From the NCBI GenBank assembly GCA_016188985.1, contig JACPGM010000053.1, positions 4,290 to 68,289 on the forward strand: a DNA stretch of 64,000 nt. The letters are read 5' to 3'. Both the position numbers and the translations under genes were made by a program. Below the pieces are notes generated by a model. The model was not told the origin of the DNA, did no database searches, and was given only the letters and a program-made list of their open reading frames with translations. This stretch comes from Lentisphaerota bacterium (GTDB lineage Bacteria > Verrucomicrobiota > Kiritimatiellia > JAAZAB01). Shown one piece after another: positions 9,389 through 19,518 of this stretch. The stretch's first letter is position 1. Each line of letters opens with the position of its first letter.

Positions 9389-11920
9389 TCATGACTTTAC
9401 CACAATATTGACCAGGCGGTTCGGGACGACCACGAATTTAAGAACCTGCTCGCGCTTGACGGTCTTGGCGATCTGCGGCTGCGCCAAGGCGAGGTCTTCC
9501 AGGGCTTGGCGGTCAGAGCCGGACGGGGCCATCATCGTGCCGCGGAATTTGCCGTTCAGTTGGAGAGCGATTTCTACCTGGTCGCGCGCCAGAGCAGCGG
9601 GGTCGGCGGTTGGCCAGGCGACTTGCAGAATGCCGGGAGCATGTCCCAGCTCTACCCACAACTCTTCGGCGATATGGGGCGCCAGGGGCGAGAGCAGCAG
9701 AACAATCGTCTCCAGGGCGAAGCGCATTACGGCCTTTTCCTGGTCGCGCGCGCCGGCGGCGAGCTGGATGGCTTCCACCGCGTTCAATAGTTCCATGATG
9801 CGGGCCACGGCGGTATTAAAATGGAAGGCGCCTTCCAGGTCGCCGGTAACCGCTTGAATAGTTTCATGGGCCTTACGGTAAAGCTCACGCTCGCGGGCGT
9901 TCAGGGTAGCCAATTCCGGCCGGACCGGTTTGGCCGCCGCTAAGACGGCGTGGTGCGCGTAGATGAAACGCCAGAGGCGCTTGAGAAACCGGGCAGCGCC
10001 CTCAATGCCCTGGTCGCTCCATTCGGCGTCCTTTTCCGGCGGCCCGATAAAAAGCGTGTAGAGCCGCACGGTGTCGGCGCCGTATTTACGGATCAGTTCA
10101 TCCGGGCTGACCACGTTGCCTTTGGACTTGGACATCTTATAGAGCTGGCCGTCCTTGGCGCTGCGCTTGCAGATCATGCCTTGGGTGAAAAGGTTGGCGA
10201 AAGGCTCGTCAAAGCCCACCAGGCCCAGGTCATAGAGCGCCTTCGTGAAAAAGCGCGCATACATGAGGTGCAGGATGGCGTGTTCGATGCCGCCGATATA
10301 CTGGTCCACCGGCAGCCACCGATTGCAAAGCTCGGTCTGGATGGCCTGGCGCTCGTCGCACGCGGAAAGGTAGCGCAGGAAATACCAGCTTGAATCCACG
10401 AAGGTGTCCATGGTGTCGCTTTCGCGCCGCGCGCTCCGGCCGCAGGTTGGGCAGGAAGTGTTGATAAAGTCCGGGCAGCGCGCCAGCGGGGATTCACCCG
10501 TTGGTTTGAATTCGACATCCTCCGGCAGCAGCACGGGCAAATCCTTTTCCTTGACCGGCACGATGCCGCAGGCCTGACAGTAGACGATCGGGATTGGCGC
10601 GCCCCAATAACGCTGGCGGCTGATCAGCCAGTCGCGCAGGCGGTAAGCCACAAAGGCGCGTCCGAATCTTTTTTCCACGGCGTAGGCCGTCATCCGCGCG
10701 CGGGCCTCAGCGCTGGGCAAATCGGTGAACGCTCCGGAATCCACGGTGAGGCCGTCTTCGACGTAGGCCTGCGCCATGGTTTCCAAGCGCAGCGTCTTTT
10801 CCGGGTTTTGAATGGAGAGTCGGATGGGCAGGCCGTATTTGCGGGCGAAGGCCCAGTCGCGGGTGTCATGGGCTGGCACCGCCATGACCGCGCCGGCGCC
10901 ATAGCTCATCACCACATAATCGCCGACCCACAGGGGAATTTTTTCGCCGGTATAGGGATTGATCACCAACCGCCCGGTGAATACGCCGTTTTTCTCACCG
11001 GCATCGCCGGCGCGTTCGGCGGCGGTAATTTTGATGGCCTGGGCAATGAACTGCCGGACCGGCGTTTCCTGCGGCAGGCCGCGCACCAGTTCCGGCAAGT
11101 CCGGATACTCCGGCGCCAGAACCATGTAAGTACAGCCGTAAATTGTGTCCACGCGTGTGGTGAAACAGCCCACGCTTTTTGCGCTATCGCACCGGCCATC
11201 AGGGCGGGGTACCAGGGGGAATTCGAGCAACGCGCCTTCGCTGCGACCGATCCAGTTCTGCTGCATGAGCTTGACCCGCTCCGGCCAGCCCTTCAGCTTG
11301 GCCAGGTCGTCCAGCAGCCGCTGGGCATACGCGGTGATCTTGAAAAACCACTGCTCCAGGCGCTTTTCCTGGACAGGCGACTCGCAGCGCCAGCACCCTC
11401 CATCAATTACCTGTTCATTGGCCAGCACCGCCGCGCAGCCCGGGCACCAGTTAACCGGCGCCAAGGCCTTGTAAGCCAGGCCGCGCTTGAAAAACTGCAG
11501 AAACAGCCATTGGGTCCAGCGATAATAGTCCGGCAGGCAGGCGGTCACCTCGCAGTCCCAATCATAGCAACAGCCCCAGGCGTCCAATTGCCGCTTCATG
11601 GTGGCGATATTGGCCAAGGTGGTGAGGCGCGGGTGGGTGCCGGTCTGGATGGCCGCGTTTTCGGCGGGCAGACCGAAAGCATCCCAGCCCATGGGCGTCA
11701 GCACGTTGTAGCCGCGCATCTTTTTGTAACGGGCCACGGCGTCGCCGATGATGTAATTGCGCCCGTGGCCGACGTGCAGGGCCGCCGAAGGATAGGGGAA
11801 CATCATCAGGCAGTAAAATTTCCGGTCGGTTTTGCTCAAGTCCGCCTTGAACTGGCCCTGAGCGCGCCAATAGGCCTGCCACTTGCTCTCAATTTCAGCA
11901 AATGGATATTGCTCTTGCAT
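9389..11920 (-). CDS. leuS: leucine--tRNA ligase
   Basis: 843 aa; HIGH-type motif ([15 protein letters not shown]), KMSKS motif (KMSKSKGN), CP1 editing-domain architecture typical of bacterial LeuRS. Confidence 0.95.
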   Translation of the reverse strand: MQEQYPFAEIESKWQAYWRAQGQFKADLSKTDRKFYCLMMFPYPSAALHVGHGRNYIIGDAVARYKKMRGYNVLTPMGWDAFGLPAENAAIQTGTHPRLTTLANIATMKRQLDAWGCCYDWDCEVTACLPDYYRWTQWLFLQFFKRGLAYKALAPVNWCPGCAAVLANEQVIDGGCWRCESPVQEKRLEQWFFKITAYAQRLLDDLAKLKGWPERVKLMQQNWIGRSEGALLEFPLVPRPDGRCDSAKSVGCFTTRVDTIYGCTYMVLAPEYPDLPELVRGLPQETPVRQFIAQAIKITAAERAGDAGEKNGVFTGRLVINPYTGEKIPLWVGDYVVMSYGAGAVMAVPAHDTRDWAFARKYGLPIRLSIQNPEKTLRLETMAQAYVEDGLTVDSGAFTDLPSAEARARMTAYAVEKRFGRAFVAYRLRDWLISRQRYWGAPIPIVYCQACGIVPVKEKDLPVLLPEDVEFKPTGESPLARCPDFINTSCPTCGRSARRESDTMDTFVDSSWYFLRYLSACDERQAIQTELCNRWLPVDQYIGGIEHAILHLMYARFFTKALYDLGLVGFDEPFANLFTQGMICKRSAKDGQLYKMSKSKGNVVSPDELIRKYGADTVRLYTLFIGPPEKDAEWSDQGIEGAARFLKRLWRFIYAHHAVLAAAKPVRPELATLNARERELYRKAHETIQAVTGDLEGAFHFNTAVARIMELLNAVEAIQLAAGARDQEKAVMRFALETIVLLLSPLAPHIAEELWVELGHAPGILQVAWPTADPAALARDQVEIALQLNGKFRGTMMAPSGSDRQALEDLALAQPQIAKTVKREQVLKFVVVPNRLVNIVVKS

Positions 11921-12068
11921 AATTGGCCTGATAGTTAGCTCTGCTCCTTAGCCGGAGAGAATGGACGCTACTATAATTAAAGCGGCGGCGAAACGCATTA
12001 ATAAAATGACAGGGCAGGAATGATCTGGTAAGAAGAGCGATAGTAACTGCTCAGACATCTAAGCAAAA

Positions 12069-12215
12069 CCGGCGGGACAAGGCTGTCCCGCCCTACCAAT
12101 GGGAAGATGTCCCGCCATAGGCGGGTCTGCCTATGGAATGAAAATCTGGCTTGCCGTCGTCCGGCAACAGCCGGACTATGGCTGAGCACGGTAGGGCCGC
12201 ACAGCCTGTGCGGCC
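12069..12215. repeat. REP-like palindromic repeat family C (gtagggc + hairpin units), copy 1
   Basis: ggcgggacaaggctgtcccgccctacc … gtcccgccataggcgggtctgcctatgg … ggtagggccgcacagcctgtgcggcc. An inverted copy lies at ~38131-38247. Confidence 0.6.
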
Positions 12216-12260
12216 GTTGGGACAGTTGAACGAGTAATAAATGTCTCGGTGAGGTAGAGC

Positions 12261-13478
12261 ATGCGTATTCAATCCTTTAAGGCTTGGCGGCCGGTTGCTG
12301 CTGCCGCCGCCGAGGTAGCCAGCGTGCCCTATGATGTGGTGGACCGGGCCGAGGCTCTCAGGGAGGTCCAAGCCAAACCGCTCAGTTTTCTGCATGTCAC
12401 CCGCGCGGAAATAGACCTGAGCGAAGCTACCCAGCCCTATGCCGAGGCGGTCTACGCCAAAGCCCGCGCCAATTTTGAAGCATTGCGCAAACAGGGCGTG
12501 CTCGTTCGGGAAGATGAGCCGGCGTTTTTTGTCTATCGTCAGGAGTGGCAAGGCCACGTCCAGCGCGGGGTGGCTGCCTGTTGTCACATTGACGATTACA
12601 CTGGTGGCCGGATCAAGCAGCATGAAAGAACGCGGCCTGACAAGGAAGCTGACCGTTTGCGGCACATTCTGGCGCTTCGTGCGCATACTGGCCTGGTGTT
12701 CCTGGCTTATCGCGATGAGTCGGCGGTAGACGCTCTCGTTCGAACTACCGAAGAACTCGCGCCGCTTTATGATTTCACGGCCGGGGATGGCGTGCGGCAT
12801 ATTGTCTGGCGGGTAGGGGCTATGCGGGAATTAACCGAAGCGTTCAAGGGCGTGCCGTGTCTTTATATTGCCGATGGGCATCATCGCGCGGCGGCTGCCG
12901 CCCGCGTGGCCGAGCAGTTGCGCGCCCAAGAGCAAAAACCCGCGGGTTCGGAAGAATACAACTGGTTCCCGGCGGTCATGTTTCCGGCCAGTCAGCTCAA
13001 GATCCTTAGCTATAACCGCTGTATCCGCGATTTGAACGGCTTGACCGAAGCCGCTTTTCTGGAAACGGTTGGCCGGCGGTTCAAGCTGACCGCCAATGCT
13101 GACCCCACACCGCCGGGGACGGCGCAGATTGCCATGTTTCTGGGTGGGCGTTGGTTTGGACTGAGCTGGTTGCCGGAGCGCAACGCCGAAGCGCTTGCGG
13201 CTTTGGACGTCAGCGTCCTGCAAGACCGGCTGTTGTGTCCCGTCCTGGGAATTACCGACCCGCGCACGGATAAACGCATTGAGTTTATCGGCGGCATTCG
13301 CGGCGTGACGGAGTTAGAAGCGCGGGTTCAGACCGGGCGCTCGGCCGTGGCTTTTTCATTGGCGCCGGTGACCATCGCCCAACTGATGACCGTTGCCGAC
13401 CAAGGTAAATGTCTCCCGCCCAAGAGCACCTGGTTTGAGCCCAAACTGCGCGACGGCCTCCTCGTGCATACCTTTTAG
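12261..13478 (+). CDS. DUF1015-family protein
   Basis: 405 aa; N-terminal M-I-x-x-F-K-A-W-R-P-… start and overall conservation pattern characteristic of DUF1015/COG4198. Confidence 0.55.
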   Translation: MRIQSFKAWRPVAAAAAEVASVPYDVVDRAEALREVQAKPLSFLHVTRAEIDLSEATQPYAEAVYAKARANFEALRKQGVLVREDEPAFFVYRQEWQGHVQRGVAACCHIDDYTGGRIKQHERTRPDKEADRLRHILALRAHTGLVFLAYRDESAVDALVRTTEELAPLYDFTAGDGVRHIVWRVGAMRELTEAFKGVPCLYIADGHHRAAAAARVAEQLRAQEQKPAGSEEYNWFPAVMFPASQLKILSYNRCIRDLNGLTEAAFLETVGRRFKLTANADPTPPGTAQIAMFLGGRWFGLSWLPERNAEALAALDVSVLQDRLLCPVLGITDPRTDKRIEFIGGIRGVTELEARVQTGRSAVAFSLAPVTIAQLMTVADQGKCLPPKSTWFEPKLRDGLLVHTF

Positions 13479-13486
13479 GGTAAGAT

Positions 13487-14551
13487 ATGACATCGAAAGA
13501 GCGTGTCCGCATAACGCTCGCGCGCAACGCCGCCGACCGGGTTCCGGTGAATTACGAGGCAAACCCGGGCATTGATCGGCGTCTTAAAGAGCATTTCGGG
13601 CTGACCGCCGACGATGACGAGGGATTGCGTCGAGCGCTTGGCGTGGATTTCCGCAGTGTCGAGGCTGTGTACCGGGGACCAAGGCTGCACCAGGACATTC
13701 CCGAACGGGGCATCAAGGTGGACAATATGGGTATTCACTGCCGCTGGATCGAGCACGAGAGCGGCGGATACTGGGACTACTGCGATTTTCCGCTGAAGGA
13801 TGCCGACGAAGAGACCGTTGCCAACTGGAGCATGCCCGATGCGGATCAATATGACTTTTCGGAAGTTCGCCGCCACTGTCAACATTACCGCGAGTATGCG
13901 GTCAGCCTGCTGTGCTATGGGGATTTGATCAATGGCAACGGCATGCTGCGCGGCATGGAGCAGACCCTGATAGATCTAATTACCGATAACCCGGCCGGGC
14001 TGCTGCTGGCCGACCGCCGCTTCGGTTTCCAGATGGAAATCGCGCGGCGGACGCTCGAAGCCGCCCGGGGAGGCATTGATATTCTATGGCTCGGAGAGGA
14101 CCTGGGCTTACAGGATCGCCCCATGATTTCCATGGACATCTTCAAGAAACATGTTCGCCCGCGCTATCAGAAGCTGGTTGATCTCGGGAAAGCTTTCGGC
14201 GCTCGGGTCATGATCCACACCTGCGGCTCTTCAAGTTGGGCATACGAGGACTTTATTGAAATGGGTATTGACGCCGTGGACACTCTCCAACCGGAAGCCA
14301 AAGACATGGCGCCGGCCTACCTGAAAAACACTTTCGGCGGTCGGCTTGCCTTTCACGGGTGCATCAGCACGGCCGGAGCGGTTGCGTTCGGCACGCCCCA
14401 GGACGTGGCGGCGTATTGCCGGCAAACACTGGCGATCATGATGCCCGGGGGTGGCTATTGCTTCGCGCCGACCCACGCTTTGCAGGACAATTCGCCCACC
14501 GAGAACGTCGTGGTAATGTACGAGACCGCGCGGAAGCATGGAATCTATTAA
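13487..14551 (+). CDS. uroporphyrinogen decarboxylase (URO-D) family protein (MtaA/CmuA-like), paralog 1
   Basis: 354 aa; URO-D/methyltransferase-like TIM-barrel pattern (…LWLGEDLGLQDRPMIS…FKKHVRPRYQKL…IHTCGS…). 8-nt gap to the DUF1015 gene. Confidence 0.65.
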   Translation: MTSKERVRITLARNAADRVPVNYEANPGIDRRLKEHFGLTADDDEGLRRALGVDFRSVEAVYRGPRLHQDIPERGIKVDNMGIHCRWIEHESGGYWDYCDFPLKDADEETVANWSMPDADQYDFSEVRRHCQHYREYAVSLLCYGDLINGNGMLRGMEQTLIDLITDNPAGLLLADRRFGFQMEIARRTLEAARGGIDILWLGEDLGLQDRPMISMDIFKKHVRPRYQKLVDLGKAFGARVMIHTCGSSSWAYEDFIEMGIDAVDTLQPEAKDMAPAYLKNTFGGRLAFHGCISTAGAVAFGTPQDVAAYCRQTLAIMMPGGGYCFAPTHALQDNSPTENVVVMYETARKHGIY

Positions 14552-14790
14552 GGCGGGCTTGTGCCCGCAACCCAAGTTGTTAATGCTTCCTTCCAATTGT
14601 GCGGTGAATTTGGTTCGAAAAAGGCGGCGGCGATCTTAGGCCGCCTGCAGGTTTTCCGCGCTTGCGCATACAAGAGTATAGCGCTGCGCGCGGCGCACCC
14701 GCATTCGGCCCGAGCTGGCCTTGCTTTTTCGAATCCGCCTTCGGCGGAAACCAAATTCACCCCACGACTGCATCCGCCCGGCAAGCCGGG
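14552..14790 (+). repeat. ~240-bp repeat family F, copy 1 (begins with gcgggcttgtgcccgc hairpin directly after stop codon)
   Basis: gcgggcttgtgcccgcaacccaag…gcggcggcgatcttaggccgcctgcaggttttccgcgc…gaaaccaaattc. Reverse-complement copy at ~26880-27140. Confidence 0.55.
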
Positions 14791-14868
14791 GGCTTGCCTG
14801 GCGGAAATAAAACTAGTTTTCGGCTAAAACATACACCAAAAACGTGTATCTTTACGGGAAAGCGTCTA

Positions 14869-14897
14869 AATAAATTTTTCGCCGGGCGAAAAATTTA
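14869..14897. terminator. rho-independent terminator candidate (A-tract / hairpin / T-tract, bidirectional)
   Basis: aaatttttcgccgggcgaaaaattt: perfect 8-bp stem with 3-nt loop flanked by A and T runs, in the intergenic region between the two URO-D genes. Confidence 0.4.
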
Positions 14898-15077
14898 TGA
14901 TGCGCCTGCGGCGCACAGATGACTTTATGTTTTGGAATATTCTGCTATGTAGCTGCGCCCATGAGGGCGTGGATTTACCTGGCAGCCACGGCGTCACCGC
15001 CGCGGCTTGTTGTTAATTTTTCCGTAAGCCGCTAACCCGCGAAGGAAACCCAGGCTGGGCAACGTTAAGACTAAAAA

Positions 15078-16136
15078 ATGAACTCAAGAGAACGAATGCT
15101 GGCCGCGATCAACCGGCAACCGCTCGATCGCATTCCCACGGATATATGGGCAACCGCGGAGGTCTGGGCCAAACTGCGTAATTACTTCGGTGAGAAGACC
15201 GACATAACGACAGAACTCCACATTGACGGGTTTGCCGCGGTCGGACCGGAATACGTTGGCCCGGCGCTGCCGCCGGTGTTCAAGGATGAGTCGGTAGATT
15301 TCTGGGGCATCCGCAGAAAGCGCGTGCCCCACGAAGGCGGCGCCTATGATGAGCAATTCTTCTATCCACTGGCCAACGCGCAGACCATTGACGATCTGAA
15401 CGATTACGCCTGGCCGAGCACGGAATGGTTTGACTATTCGCTCATGCGGGCCAAAGCCGAGGAAGCTGGAAGAACCAGGGCCGTGCAGTGCGGCTATATG
15501 GCCCCATTCTATTTTCATAACCAGTTGCGAGGCTTAGAGCAATCGCTGGTTGATCCCCTGGTCAAGCCAGAATTTACGCATTTTCTTATCGGGCGGATTG
15601 CGGACTTCTTTTTTAAACATCATCGGCGGATGTTCGAGGCCTGCCAGGGGTTCATTGATGTGGCGCAAGTGACTGACGACCTCGGCAGCCAAACGGGTCC
15701 CCTTATCAGCCTGGACTTGTACCGGGAATTCTATGCCCCTCACCACAAACGCTTTATTGATCTGTGCTACGAGTTCGGGATCAAGGTCTTCCATCATGAT
15801 GATGGCAGTTGCCGCGCGTTCCTGCCTAAGTTGGTCGAGATGGGGATCAATATCCTCAATCCCGTTCAGTGGACTTGTCCGGGAATGGACATGGCCGAAC
15901 TGAAAGCGGAGTTCGGGAAGCGGATCTGCTTCCACGGCGCTGTGGAGAACCAGCGCATACTGCCTTTTGGAACTCCCGCAGAAGTTCGCGCCGAAGTGCG
16001 CCACTGCATTGATGCGCTGGCCAGCGATGGCACGGGATACATCCTGGCCCCCTGCCACAACCTGCAGGTCAACACGCCGGTCGCTAACATCATCGCCATG
16101 TACGACGAAGCCTGGCAGTACGGGAAAATGTCCTGA
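15078..16136 (+). CDS. uroporphyrinogen decarboxylase (URO-D) family protein, paralog 2
   Basis: 352 aa; same family signature as the 13487..14551 gene (…ISLDLYREFYAPHHKRFIDL…FHHDDGSC…). Homologous N-terminal MNSRERMLAAINRQPLDRIP vs MTSKERVRITLARNAADRVP. Confidence 0.65.
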   Translation: MNSRERMLAAINRQPLDRIPTDIWATAEVWAKLRNYFGEKTDITTELHIDGFAAVGPEYVGPALPPVFKDESVDFWGIRRKRVPHEGGAYDEQFFYPLANAQTIDDLNDYAWPSTEWFDYSLMRAKAEEAGRTRAVQCGYMAPFYFHNQLRGLEQSLVDPLVKPEFTHFLIGRIADFFFKHHRRMFEACQGFIDVAQVTDDLGSQTGPLISLDLYREFYAPHHKRFIDLCYEFGIKVFHHDDGSCRAFLPKLVEMGINILNPVQWTCPGMDMAELKAEFGKRICFHGAVENQRILPFGTPAEVRAEVRHCIDALASDGTGYILAPCHNLQVNTPVANIIAMYDEAWQYGKMS

Positions 16137-16228
16137 TCAGGTCGTTTCTTTTCAAGCGCGCCGCAGTTGCCCGACGGGCTTAATATCGGGTAGCGCGCCG
16201 TGTAGGTCGTTCACCGCCCGGAGGCAGG

Positions 16229-16654
16229 TTATTTGCCGAGCGCCTGTTCAAGGTCCATGGCGTGCTCCTGTTCCACCGCCAGAATGGTCCGCAGTTGCTG
16301 GGCCAGATGATACAGGTTCAGTGCCTCGGCTTGTTTTATCCTGACAATGTAACGGGCAATGGCGTCGTTCTCGCCGGCCAGGTCCTGCTTCAGCATTGCC
16401 AGGTTGTCCGCCGAAATTTTCGGAAGGGGCATATTCACGGTGGGAAAGCCGCCGAGATAATCAATCTGGCTGGCCAGGATGGTGGCATGGGCCAGTTCCT
16501 CCTGGGCATGGATAATGAGCTCCTTCTGGATGCTCTGGAACATGGCGCCTTTCAAGACGCCCTGGTGCTGCGTGTATTGCACGCAGGCGGTGTATTCCAG
16601 GCCCAAGTCCTTGTTGAGCAATTCCAGCAATTGTTTTTTCGTTGCCTTCGGCAT
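16229..16654 (-). CDS. ferritin-like domain protein
   Basis: 141 aa, predicted four-helix protein with paired E…E/H motifs (…IIHAQEELAHATIL… and …AVEQEHAMDLEQAL…) typical of ferritin-like/rubrerythrin-like diiron sites. Confidence 0.5.
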   Translation of the reverse strand: MPKATKKQLLELLNKDLGLEYTACVQYTQHQGVLKGAMFQSIQKELIIHAQEELAHATILASQIDYLGGFPTVNMPLPKISADNLAMLKQDLAGENDAIARYIVRIKQAEALNLYHLAQQLRTILAVEQEHAMDLEQALGK

Positions 16655-16784
16655 GATTGCTTCCTCCTATTTTGAAAATTTTACACCTGCATTCAATCAG
16701 TTGTATTCTATTAATCTGGCAAAGTAAGGGAAGCTTTTTTTCTGCCGGGGTTGGGTTTGCGGCACCCGCCGGCAGCTCATCAAA

Positions 16785-17267
16785 TCACGGCAGTGCCGGG
16801 GGCTTGATCGCGCCTTGCAACTCGGTGGTACAATGGGGACAGCGCACCGCCTTTAGGGGAATCGTTGAACAGCAGAACGGGCAAGCCTTGGTTGCGGGTG
16901 TAACCGGCGCTGGGGCCGCGGCGGGGGCTGCGGAAAGCCGTTGTTTCAGCCGTTGAATGAATTGGATCATCATGAAAATTACAAAGGCCTGAATGAGGAA
17001 ATCAATGATGGTGTTAATGAACAGGCCGAACTTAATCGTGGTGGCGCCGGCGGCTTTGGCCGTCTCCAGCGCCGCAAAGCGCCGCGTATTGAGATTAAAG
17101 CAAATGTCGGCAAAATTGATCTTGCTGACCAGCAAGCCCAGGGGGGGCATGAGGACATCGTTCACCAGGGAGCTGACAATTCGGCCGAAGGCGCTGCCGA
17201 TAATCACGCCGACGGCCATGTCAATGACATTGCCGCGCAGGGCGAATTCCTTGAACTCTTTCAGCAT
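16785..17267 (-). CDS. mscL: large-conductance mechanosensitive channel MscL with C-terminal zinc-ribbon extension
   Basis: MLKEFKEFALRGNVIDMAVGVIIGSAFGRIVSSLVNDVLMPPLG is the canonical MscL N-terminus/TM1. C-terminal tail carries CPFCCSTIPLKAVRCPHCTTEL (CxxC…CxxC). Start placed at MLKEF (17267) rather than the ORF-track 17303. Confidence 0.75.
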   Translation of the reverse strand: MLKEFKEFALRGNVIDMAVGVIIGSAFGRIVSSLVNDVLMPPLGLLVSKINFADICFNLNTRRFAALETAKAAGATTIKFGLFINTIIDFLIQAFVIFMMIQFIQRLKQRLSAAPAAAPAPVTPATKACPFCCSTIPLKAVRCPHCTTELQGAIKPPALP

Positions 17268-18406
17268 GGGCTCGGGTAAATCCGCGGGTTTTGCCGCCGG
17301 CATTCGTCAATAACCGCTATCTGCCGGCGAACCTGCTCCGGGGTGATGGCTAGGGGCGCGCCGCGCGTGAGCGTCCGGTAAAGCATCGAATAAAACGCGG
17401 CCGTCAGGTTACTGACGGGCGCGGCAGGAGTATAGCCGGTGGCCTTTGATTTTGCGCCCGCCTTCGCTGCTGGAGCGGCGGGCTTGCCCGCCATAGCTCC
17501 CTGAGCGACGGCGGGCCAGAAACCGGTATGCCAGACAAGCGCCTCGTGCGGATAGGCCGGAGTGCCATCGGGATTAAAGAGCGGCTCTTTGGTTAGTTTG
17601 TGTCGGGGAGCCTCGCTGCGTTTGTAATATTTCCATTCCATATTTGCCTGGGTAGCCTTCAGGCCGCCGCGTGTGCCGTAGATATTGTAATTAAAGCACG
17701 GGTAAGCGCAGCAACAGGAAACTTCCAGGTCAATAGTGGGGTGGCCTGCTCCGCTCAGGATTACCTTGACATGGTCTTCGGCATTGCCAAACGAGTTGTC
17801 GGTATGGTCCATGAAGCAGGCGACTTTGGGCTGACCCTCGCCGAACAGTTGCAGGGCCTGGTCCAGCGGATGCGGGCCGGTATTGGCCAGGCTGCCGCCA
17901 TTGCGGCTCTGCAGGGTCTGCCAGTCCCAGCGCCGGCTGAACCCGTTGAAGGCGATTGAAATCTGAACGATACGGCCCAGTACGCCTGACCGAATTACTT
18001 GTTGCAGTTGAACGAAGTAAGGGGCAAACCGCGACTGCTGGAAAATGGCCAACACCTTTTTGGATTTCCTGGCGGTGACAATTAACCGGTCAACTTCCTT
18101 GACGGTCGCGGCCAGCGGTTTTTCGCAAAGGACGTTATATCCGGCTTTCAGAAACGCCAGGCTGATTGGCGCGTGCAATTGGCTGTAGGTGGCGTTGACA
18201 ACGAGGTCGAGGTCGCGCCGCTTGAAAAGCTGATGATAATCGCGGTACACGTCGCAATGGTATTCCTGGGCGGCTCGTCGCTGGCGGTCTTCCAGGGGAT
18301 CCACGGCGGCCGTGATTTGGAAGCGCGGATCGGTTATTAGGTAGGCGCCGTGAATGTCGCGGCCGCTGCGGCCTTGCCCGATAATTGCCACCCGGATTTT
18401 TTTCAT
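17261..18406 (-). CDS. Gfo/Idh/MocA-family oxidoreductase
   Basis: N-terminal Rossmann motif MKKIRVAIIGQGRSGRDIHG and EKPLA catalytic region. Confidence 0.8.
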   Translation of the reverse strand: MKKIRVAIIGQGRSGRDIHGAYLITDPRFQITAAVDPLEDRQRRAAQEYHCDVYRDYHQLFKRRDLDLVVNATYSQLHAPISLAFLKAGYNVLCEKPLAATVKEVDRLIVTARKSKKVLAIFQQSRFAPYFVQLQQVIRSGVLGRIVQISIAFNGFSRRWDWQTLQSRNGGSLANTGPHPLDQALQLFGEGQPKVACFMDHTDNSFGNAEDHVKVILSGAGHPTIDLEVSCCCAYPCFNYNIYGTRGGLKATQANMEWKYYKRSEAPRHKLTKEPLFNPDGTPAYPHEALVWHTGFWPAVAQGAMAGKPAAPAAKAGAKSKATGYTPAAPVSNLTAAFYSMLYRTLTRGAPLAITPEQVRRQIAVIDECRRQNPRIYPSPC

Positions 18407-18857
18407 TTGCGCTGATGTCCCCCAACCTGCGTTATTAGCTCTGGATCATTTGCGTCAGGCGCTGAGTAATGAAGCATGAAGCGCCGCCGGCTGCAAGTGG
18501 AAAAAACCGCTGCGGGGGGGTAATTGGCTACGGCTGTGTCGCTCTACCACATGAACGCCGCGTGGCCTGTCCGCAATGCTACGCATAGCGTTGCAGACGA
18601 GCTGCCCCGGCGAGCATGACGCAGCCTTGGACAATCCCGATCCCCGCCGGTCTCCCCCCTTGCCATTTAGCCGCCGACAATCTATATTAAGTTTGGGCCT
18701 AAACGCTTTTTGCCAGGCCCTCCTGAGGCCGGCGCTGAATAGGGCCTTTGTTATCCTCGGTCTGGCCGGTGGATTGAGTACCAAATTGGCACGCAAACTG
18801 CTTTATGTAATACAGGATAGCGATTTTGGCTTGCCTACGTAAGGGAGAGGAGCGATT

Positions 18858-19493
18858 ATGAGTCCGATGCAAAGCATAAAAACGGGAAAGTTGAGCGCGG
18901 CAGCGTTCTCCCTCGTGGAAGTGATGGTAGCCACGGCGATATTCGGCCTGGTGACGGCCGGCACCTTCGGCGTCTATATCATGTGCCAGAAGCTGTGGCG
19001 CGCCACGACGCTGAGCACGGATACGTCGCGGCTGGCCAACCTGGCAATCGAACGCATGATCTACGGACTGGGCACCAATAGCGGCCTGCGCTCCGCCGCC
19101 ACCATTTCAATTGACACCAATGTGCACACATATATGACTTATTCAAATTATTGGGATTCGCCGAATGGCTCACCGCCGCCGGCCAACCACTGGTCTCTTA
19201 ATTTATCTCCGACCTGGACTGAGCGCGATGGCAGTTGGCGGATAATTTGTTCTAATGCTTTCGATGGGGTGACCTGGATTGATTATGTAAAGAAACAACG
19301 AAGTATCGTAATGTGGCCAACTATCTGGCAGCCAGACAGCCGGCAGTATATCGCCAATTGGGTTTTGGACGCGGAGGTGTCCACCAACTGGCAAGGGAGC
19401 GACATTGCTGTGATGGTGGTAGTGTGGAAAAAGGATGGAAACTTTGTAGTCAGCAACGAGGCCAGCGCCTTAATCAAAATGCGGAACAAATGA
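18858..19493 (+). CDS. prepilin-type N-terminal cleavage/methylation domain protein (pseudopilin-like)
   Basis: N-terminus …AAAFSLVEVMVATAIFGLVTAG… matches the type IV pilin class III signal (G/A-F-S/T-L-x-E + hydrophobic helix). Confidence 0.6.
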   Translation: MSPMQSIKTGKLSAAAFSLVEVMVATAIFGLVTAGTFGVYIMCQKLWRATTLSTDTSRLANLAIERMIYGLGTNSGLRSAATISIDTNVHTYMTYSNYWDSPNGSPPPANHWSLNLSPTWTERDGSWRIICSNAFDGVTWIDYVKKQRSIVMWPTIWQPDSRQYIANWVLDAEVSTNWQGSDIAVMVVVWKKDGNFVVSNEASALIKMRNK

Positions 19494-19518
19494 AAGCATG
19501 GTTAGCAGAGGGTGGTTT

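Noticed and set aside
10808-11938. 376-aa ORF on + strand
   Set aside because: Lies entirely antisense within leuS, which has unambiguous synthetase motifs; compositionally biased translation.
14548-14784. 78-aa ORF on − strand (and 26888..27148, 26688..27098)
   Set aside because: Located within repeat family F; the two copies are in opposite orientation and differ by frame-breaking indels.
16941-17313. ORFs on + strand overlapping mscL
   Set aside because: Antisense to the well-supported MscL frame.
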